IMG/VR virus record: IMGVR_UViG_2924810865_000002
Span: 1,799 to 65,798 of that record
Length of the DNA: 64,000 nt
Reading direction: 5' to 3' (one strand)
DNA from: a virus
Lineage: Duplodnaviria > Caudoviricetes
The position numbers and the translations under genes are program-made. Shown one piece after another: positions 59,029 to 64,000 of the stretch; position 1 is the stretch's first letter, and each line of letters begins with the position of its first letter. Below the pieces are notes generated by a model. The model was not told where the DNA came from. It searched no databases and saw only the letters and a program-made list of their open reading frames with translations.

Positions 59029-59565
59029 ATGACACAGAAAAAATACGAATTGCTCAAAAACGATACTATTACCGCACCAAACGGAAAAACACTCTACCGC
59101 ATTAAAGCCCTTATTGATTTTGGTGTAGTTTTAGCTGGCTCTCTCGGTGGCTATATCGAAAAAGAAGATAACCTAACTCATACTGGCAATGCTTGGGTGT
59201 ATGGTGATGCTCGGGTGTATGGCAATGCTCGGGTGTCTGGTGATGCTCGGGTGTATGGCGATGCTGAGGTGTATGGTGATGCTCGGGTGTATGGTGATGC
59301 TCAAGTATCTGGTGATACTCGGGTTTCTGGTAATGACGATCTAGTTTGGTTCTCAAATGTTGGAACGGAGCAAGGCACACTTACGGTTTATAAATCCAAA
59401 GATGATTCATTACTTGCTACTCGTGGTTGTTTTAGTAGAACGGTCGATGAATTTTTAGCGAAATCAGCAAAAGTTCACAATGAACGAGTCAAACGAGAAT
59501 ACCAGTTACTCATTGAAGTTGCAAAATCTCGCCTTCTTGGAGAAAGCTATGTACCTAACCTTTAA
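59029..59565 (+). CDS. Phage protein with hexapeptide G(D/N)ARV(Y/S) repeats
   Basis: KKYELLKND...LYRIKAL...GGYIEKEDNL; eight 18-bp units at 59185-59328. Confidence 0.85.
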   Translation: MTQKKYELLKNDTITAPNGKTLYRIKALIDFGVVLAGSLGGYIEKEDNLTHTGNAWVYGDARVYGNARVSGDARVYGDAEVYGDARVYGDAQVSGDTRVSGNDDLVWFSNVGTEQGTLTVYKSKDDSLLATRGCFSRTVDEFLAKSAKVHNERVKREYQLLIEVAKSRLLGESYVPNL

Positions 59566-59857
59566 CCCCTTTACCCTCCGCAAACGCCTACGGGAGTACA
59601 TCAATAAATACGCCAAACAGGCACGTGTGATCGTGCATCTCAAAGGCAACCTTGCCAAATTACATCACGAAAACGACCGCTTGTTACGAGAAAATCATCA
59701 GTTTAAGCGAATGATAAAAGAGAAAGATGAGCGGATTACCCAAATGCACACCACGCTAACCAACAACCTCGATCTTGCCCGCACGATTGAATTTAATAGT
59801 CTACCGCGGAAGATGAAAAGAGAGGTAGAAAGACAAATCAAAAGAGGGAAAAAATGA
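59549..59857 (+). CDS. Phage coiled-coil hypothetical protein
   Basis: GGAG RBS before MYLTFNPF; stop overlaps next ATG. Confidence 0.6.
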   Translation: MYLTFNPFTLRKRLREYINKYAKQARVIVHLKGNLAKLHHENDRLLRENHQFKRMIKEKDERITQMHTTLTNNLDLARTIEFNSLPRKMKREVERQIKRGKK

Positions 59858-60135
59858 CCATTATTCGCACTCAAACACATGAACGCCGTGATACTGATCC
59901 TGTTGATTACATTCTGCAATTTATCAAAGACACTAAACGCCTAAAAAAAGAAGCCGCGGAAAACAACCGACAAAGTCTTGTTGATTATTTAGAAAGCGTC
60001 CTTGATTTTATTACCTACGCCAGAGCTGACAGCGATCGCATTAACTTCTTAATGGATACCCCCCAATGGCTTAACGTGCAAACGGAAGACCTACGCCACT
60101 TTATTGATCAACAAATTGAAAAAGGAACAAAATAA
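59854..60135 (+). CDS. Phage hypothetical protein
   Basis: Overlapping starts and stops on both sides. Confidence 0.65.
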   Translation: MTIIRTQTHERRDTDPVDYILQFIKDTKRLKKEAAENNRQSLVDYLESVLDFITYARADSDRINFLMDTPQWLNVQTEDLRHFIDQQIEKGTK

Positions 60136-60779
60136 TGCAGGCAACTTCTACCTCTCCCTTTTTAGCTCACCTCTCACCTGAAGCCTTGCAAGCGAATCAA
60201 GCGATTCTTGCTCGCCAAGCAAAACAAATGGCTCGCCAAGCAAAAGCACGGCAGAACCTTGAACAAACCATTCGGGATATGGAATTCAGAGAAAAGAAGC
60301 AAAAGCAAGTGAAGCACACACAGGCGATCAACATTGCTCAAGCTAAACGTAAACGCATCACTCGCACCAAAGCCGATGATGCCTTTAGCCTTTGCGTCCG
60401 ACTGCGTGCGAATTGCACCTGTGAACGCTGTGGTGAACAATTCCCGCATAATGCTATGAAGCATCTGCACTGCTCGCACAATTACAGCCGCGAATATCAA
60501 CAAGTACGATTCCACCCAGACAACGCCTTTGCTCTCTGCAAAGATTGCCACCGCTGGTTTGCAAATGCCAAACTGGAATCGACCGCTTGGAAAAATGAAA
60601 TGCTCGGTGAAGAACGCCTACGCCGCACCTTCCAAGCCTTGCAACAATCCCCCCAGAAAATCAGTAAAGCTGAAGAGGCTCGCATTGCAGCCTATTACCG
60701 CATTGTAGCCCGCTACTTGCTCACAGAGCGAGAAAAAGGCAATACGACTTATTTATCGTTTAAAGGTTATGAGGGGTGA
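60135..60779 (+). CDS. NinG-like zinc-binding nuclease
   Basis: ADDAFSLCVRLR...CERCG...HCSH...VRFHPDNAFALCKDCH. Confidence 0.7.
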   Translation: MQATSTSPFLAHLSPEALQANQAILARQAKQMARQAKARQNLEQTIRDMEFREKKQKQVKHTQAINIAQAKRKRITRTKADDAFSLCVRLRANCTCERCGEQFPHNAMKHLHCSHNYSREYQQVRFHPDNAFALCKDCHRWFANAKLESTAWKNEMLGEERLRRTFQALQQSPQKISKAEEARIAAYYRIVARYLLTEREKGNTTYLSFKGYEG

Positions 60780-61384
60780 ATGATTTACTCAAGCTGATTC
60801 AACAACTCGGACGCAAGCACGATAACCTGCGTGTCTTTCAAGACTTCGTGGAAATTTGTGCTTGCAGTATTAGCCGACCTTTTATCAATCGGGAAGACCG
60901 CTATTTTGCCCTCTATTCCCTCTACACCGATGAAGAGATGCAACAATTCCATCAAATGGGGCAAATCTTACTCCATGAGTTAGAAAAAGCACCACAAGAT
61001 ATTCTCGGGCAATGCTATATGCAGTTAGAACTTGCCAACAAACAACGTGGGCAATGTTTCACCCCGCTCAGCATCGGCAACCTAATGGCAAATTGTTTAT
61101 TCCACCAAGCAATTGAACAACAAGGCTACTACACCTTAAACGAACCTACCTGCGGAAGCGGTGCACTTATCATCGCCTTTTGCAAAACAATGCGAGAAAA
61201 AGGCTACAACCCACAAACACAATTGCACGTAATCGCACAAGATATTGACTTAAAAAGCGTGCAAATGTGCTTTGTTCAGCTTTCCCTACTGGGCATTCCC
61301 GCAGAAATTCAACACGCTAACCCCCTCACGGGTGAAGTAATAGATTGTTACTTTACCCCGTTTTATTACTTACAAGGAGCTTAA
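60776..61384 (+). CDS. Phage N-6 DNA methylase-family protein
   Basis: GQCFTPLSI...LNEPTCGSGALI...AQDIDLKSVQMCFVQLSLLG; no NPPY motif visible. Confidence 0.75.
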   Translation: MNDLLKLIQQLGRKHDNLRVFQDFVEICACSISRPFINREDRYFALYSLYTDEEMQQFHQMGQILLHELEKAPQDILGQCYMQLELANKQRGQCFTPLSIGNLMANCLFHQAIEQQGYYTLNEPTCGSGALIIAFCKTMREKGYNPQTQLHVIAQDIDLKSVQMCFVQLSLLGIPAEIQHANPLTGEVIDCYFTPFYYLQGA

Positions 61385-61759
61385 ATGCCCAAATACCAAC
61401 TCACGCTTACCGAAAAACAAGCTCGCATCGTCCGAGATGCGTGCGAGCTTTATGAACGCCTACACGCAGGGCAATGGCATGCAATGAAACACCTTATCCC
61501 TATCAAAAAAGAATTCAACTGGGCGATTTTAGAAGAGCGGTTTCGCCTATTCATTCAACCTTATTGTGATACCACGAAAATGAAGTTTGAACGCAACGCG
61601 GGCGATATTAAGCAAGTGCTCCGCCATCGTCTAGCATGGGATAGAAATCCAGAAGGTGGGGACGACTATAAATTCCGAAAGCCTTACATTGAAGGAACAG
61701 AACCCTCAGCACAAATTAAGCGGATTGAAGAACATCATTTAATTCATCAAAAGAAATGA
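61385..61759 (+). CDS. Phage hypothetical protein
   Basis: Packed in the operon. Confidence 0.65.
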   Translation: MPKYQLTLTEKQARIVRDACELYERLHAGQWHAMKHLIPIKKEFNWAILEERFRLFIQPYCDTTKMKFERNAGDIKQVLRHRLAWDRNPEGGDDYKFRKPYIEGTEPSAQIKRIEEHHLIHQKK

Positions 61760-61836
61760 AGGAGGCGTTAAATGAGTAACTGGATTAAATGTTCGGAAAG
61801 ATTGCTAAAAGAATTTAATAGTATTAAGGAACGACT

Positions 61837-62049
61837 ATGAGCAAAGAAAATAACGGTTGGATTAGTGCGAAAACCCAACCAGTCCCTTATGACGGCTATT
61901 TTTTAGCTTGTACTTATAAAAAGGACATAAAGATTTTATTTCGAACATCTGAATATGAATGTCTTGTTAAAGACAATTCTTTTTATACAGTAGATGTGAA
62001 AGATATTACCCACTGGCAACCACTCCCAGAACCACCAAGGGAAAAATAA
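61837..62049 (+). CDS. DUF551-like protein
   Basis: NNGWISAK...ITHWQPLPEPP. Confidence 0.8.
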   Translation: MSKENNGWISAKTQPVPYDGYFLACTYKKDIKILFRTSEYECLVKDNSFYTVDVKDITHWQPLPEPPREK

Positions 62050-62050
62050 C

Positions 62051-62326
62051 ATGGGCGATGTTGGCGAAGATTTCAGAGCATATCGAGCTTGGCGACGAGA
62101 AAAGAAAAAATCTAATGCTGAATAATTAGATGAGTATGGTATTAGCTATCAAACGAAGAACTATACGCATTACATTATCACACACAACGGCAAAACGTTG
62201 GATTACTATCCTTCGACTGACTTATGGTGGGATAGAGCGAACAAAAAACAACGCAGAGGAATACGACAACTACTTAATCATTTAGAGATTACGCGGGTTA
62301 AAGAGGAAATAGAAAATGAAAATTGA
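62051..62326 (+). pseudogene. Phage hypothetical protein with one in-frame stop
   Basis: MGDVGEDFRAY...NAE*LDEYGISY...DYYPSTDLW. Confidence 0.6.
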
Positions 62327-62510
62327 AGCAACATTATTTTGTGAATACTTAAAGTCCGCTATTTCGTTAGCCGAAAAAATCGGATACAACAAAGATGATT
62401 TAGTTTACGCAGGCATTGCTGAAGATGGCGTAAGGTTAGAAATTAAAGTGGTCGCCCAAAGCTCTGACACATTATTACGCTTCACTTTCCCCTGTCCTGT
62501 ATCAAACTAA
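62316..62510 (+). CDS. Phage hypothetical protein
   Basis: 64-aa ORF followed by a hairpin. Confidence 0.55.
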   Translation: MKIEATLFCEYLKSAISLAEKIGYNKDDLVYAGIAEDGVRLEIKVVAQSSDTLLRFTFPCPVSN

Positions 62511-62555
62511 CCCAACGCCCTTAGTTTTAAGGGCGTTATTATTTGGAGAGAAATA

Positions 62556-62756
62556 ATGGAACAAATAGAACGCCGATTATATAATTTAAAATCCGTTGCA
62601 AATATACTCGATGTGAGTGTGGCAACGATTTATAGACGCTTAGATAGCGATCCATTCTTCCCCAAACCTAAACTGGTTGGAGGGAAGAACTTTTGGTCGG
62701 ATATTCAGATTAAAGAGTATATTGAATTTATTGAGCAAGGAGGCTATAACAATTAG
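62556..62756 (+). CDS. AlpA-family excisionase
   Basis: LDVSVATIYRRL...FPKPKLVG...W; convergent with the integrase. Confidence 0.85.
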   Translation: MEQIERRLYNLKSVANILDVSVATIYRRLDSDPFFPKPKLVGGKNFWSDIQIKEYIEFIEQGGYNN

Positions 62757-64000
62757 CAGCACATCAATGCTCGCCCCTCTGTCGATTTTTCGACAAAATC
62801 TCCCCACCATTGCATATATTCGATCCTTTGTGGCATATACTTTGCTTTATTGTATGTGCCACGCACGGAGGAATATTCAAAATGAGCTAAACATACCTCT
62901 ATTATTTCGCTATTAAACTCAGCCTCATTCATCACAGTACTAAAAATCGAACGCAAGCCGTGTGCCGTTAAAATATTCTTATAACCAATCCGACTCAATG
63001 CCTTATTTGGCGTTTCTTTCGAGATAGGTTGATGAGGATTTTTCTTACTTGGAAACACAAAAGAGCTATTGTAACGATTCAACTTTTGTAATAACCGCAA
63101 TACATTTATTGCTTGCGAAGAAAGCGGTAAAGTAAAATCCTGTACCTTTCCTTGTCTGCCTTTCATTTTTTCTTTCGGGATTTCGATTAAAGCATTTTCA
63201 AGATCGACTTCTCGCCATTCTAATTGCGTAATTGCACCTGCACGTCCTGCAGTTAATAGCAAAAGCTCTAATGCACAGCGTGTTTCAATTTCTAGCGTAC
63301 TATCTTGTAAATTAGTAAATAATTGGGGTAATGCTTCGGGTCTAATCGTTGGATTATTTTCCGCAACTGGCTTAATAAATACCCGTCCAATGTCAGCGGT
63401 TGGGTTGTATTGAATAACTCCACGATTAACCGCATAAACCATAATCTGATTCAAATAGCCAATCATGCGATGAAGTGTATCAAGTTTCCCTTCTCTTTCT
63501 AATGGTTTTAATTTCTCAATGGCTAATGGAGCTGAAATGTCTGAGATAGGATAATGCCCTAATATTTTTAGTAAGTGACGATCTAGCCGCTTACCAATAT
63601 CTTGAAATGTCACTAATTTTAATCGCCCAGTATCTACCTCATTCTGTTTGAGTAAAAGCCATTCTTTTGCCATCGCTGATAATGTGAATTTTTGTTCACT
63701 TAATGCCTGTTGTGTCTGTTGCAAGCGATAATCTTGCGGATCAATATTTTTTGCAAGCAATGAACGATATAAATCTCTAACTTCTCTTGCCTCTTTTAAT
63801 GAAATCTCAGGAAAAGCCCCCAAGCTGATCAATGTTCTTTTTTTTGTAAAAGGCTTGTAATATTGGAAACGCCAAATTTTAGATCCTGTTACTCTTACTA
63901 ATAAAAATAAACCGCTGCCATCAGATAATGAATAATCTTTTTCTTTTGGCTTAGCATTATTGATTTCTGAGTTGCTTAATGGTTTTACCGAAACCGCCAT
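62753..64000 (-). CDS. int: P4-like tyrosine integrase
   Basis: YSLSDGSGLFLLV...KIWRFQY arm-binding domain; AHGLRSIFST, EVCLAH, Y. Confidence 0.95.
   Translation of the reverse strand: MAVSVKPLSNSEINNAKPKEKDYSLSDGSGLFLLVRVTGSKIWRFQYYKPFTKKRTLISLGAFPEISLKEAREVRDLYRSLLAKNIDPQDYRLQQTQQALSEQKFTLSAMAKEWLLLKQNEVDTGRLKLVTFQDIGKRLDRHLLKILGHYPISDISAPLAIEKLKPLEREGKLDTLHRMIGYLNQIMVYAVNRGVIQYNPTADIGRVFIKPVAENNPTIRPEALPQLFTNLQDSTLEIETRCALELLLLTAGRAGAITQLEWREVDLENALIEIPKEKMKGRQGKVQDFTLPLSSQAINVLRLLQKLNRYNSSFVFPSKKNPHQPISKETPNKALSRIGYKNILTAHGLRSIFSTVMNEAEFNSEIIEVCLAHFEYSSVRGTYNKAKYMPQRIEYMQWWGDFVEKSTEGRALMCC

Larger units (their letters stand above)
44016..64000. mobile_element. Defective lambdoid prophage 2 (early half only)
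   Basis: int-xis-recT-pL-cI-cro-replication-nin order with no late genes. Confidence 0.9.

Noticed and set aside
59185-59328. CRISPR array or satellite
   Set aside because: Units are contiguous, have no spacers and encode a protein repeat.
17514-62326. Treating all frameshifts and stops as sequencing errors
   Set aside because: Nine kb of host genes are clean and lesions include multi-base deletions and fusions; individual single-base cases still need read checks.
5265-62916. Many overlapping ORFs in the track (for example 6841-7251, 14617-15192, 17892-18299, 21769-22092, 56450-56839)
   Set aside because: Opposite strand or alternate frame of well-supported genes, with no RBS or family motif.

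Overview
Pasteurellaceae chromosome segment. The ACAAGCGGT/ACCGCTTGT uptake sequences point to the Actinobacillus/Mannheimia/Glaesserella clade; Glaesserella parasuis is plausible but unproven. Three blocks. (1) 1-33.8 kb: a decaying lambdoid siphoprophage read on the minus strand (tail, head, packaging, lysis, Q, nin and replication remnants), ending in a Mu-like phage end and an integrase stub next to the holA 3' end. (2) 33.9-43.1 kb: intact housekeeping genes holA, lptE, leuS, sbcB, a CLC channel and asnS. (3) 43.2-64 kb: an IS3-family relic, then only the early half of a second lambdoid prophage (ninG to cro/cI, pL operon, recT, xis, int). Core phage genes carry at least ten lesions, yet the accessory cargo is intact: seven type II toxin-antitoxin pairs (three lying antisense between tail genes), a C-protein-controlled restriction-modification operon, and a MuF head protein fused to a colicin-D-like tRNase with a candidate immunity gene. 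The ORF track misses an Ibs/Sib-like type I toxin-antitoxin locus linked to a ribbon-helix-helix gene, and a ~550-nt structured pL leader containing boxA and a tRNA-like element. A two-gene soluble-plus-membrane cassette sits in the rexAB position downstream of cI. All family assignments come from motif recognition and recall, not database searches.
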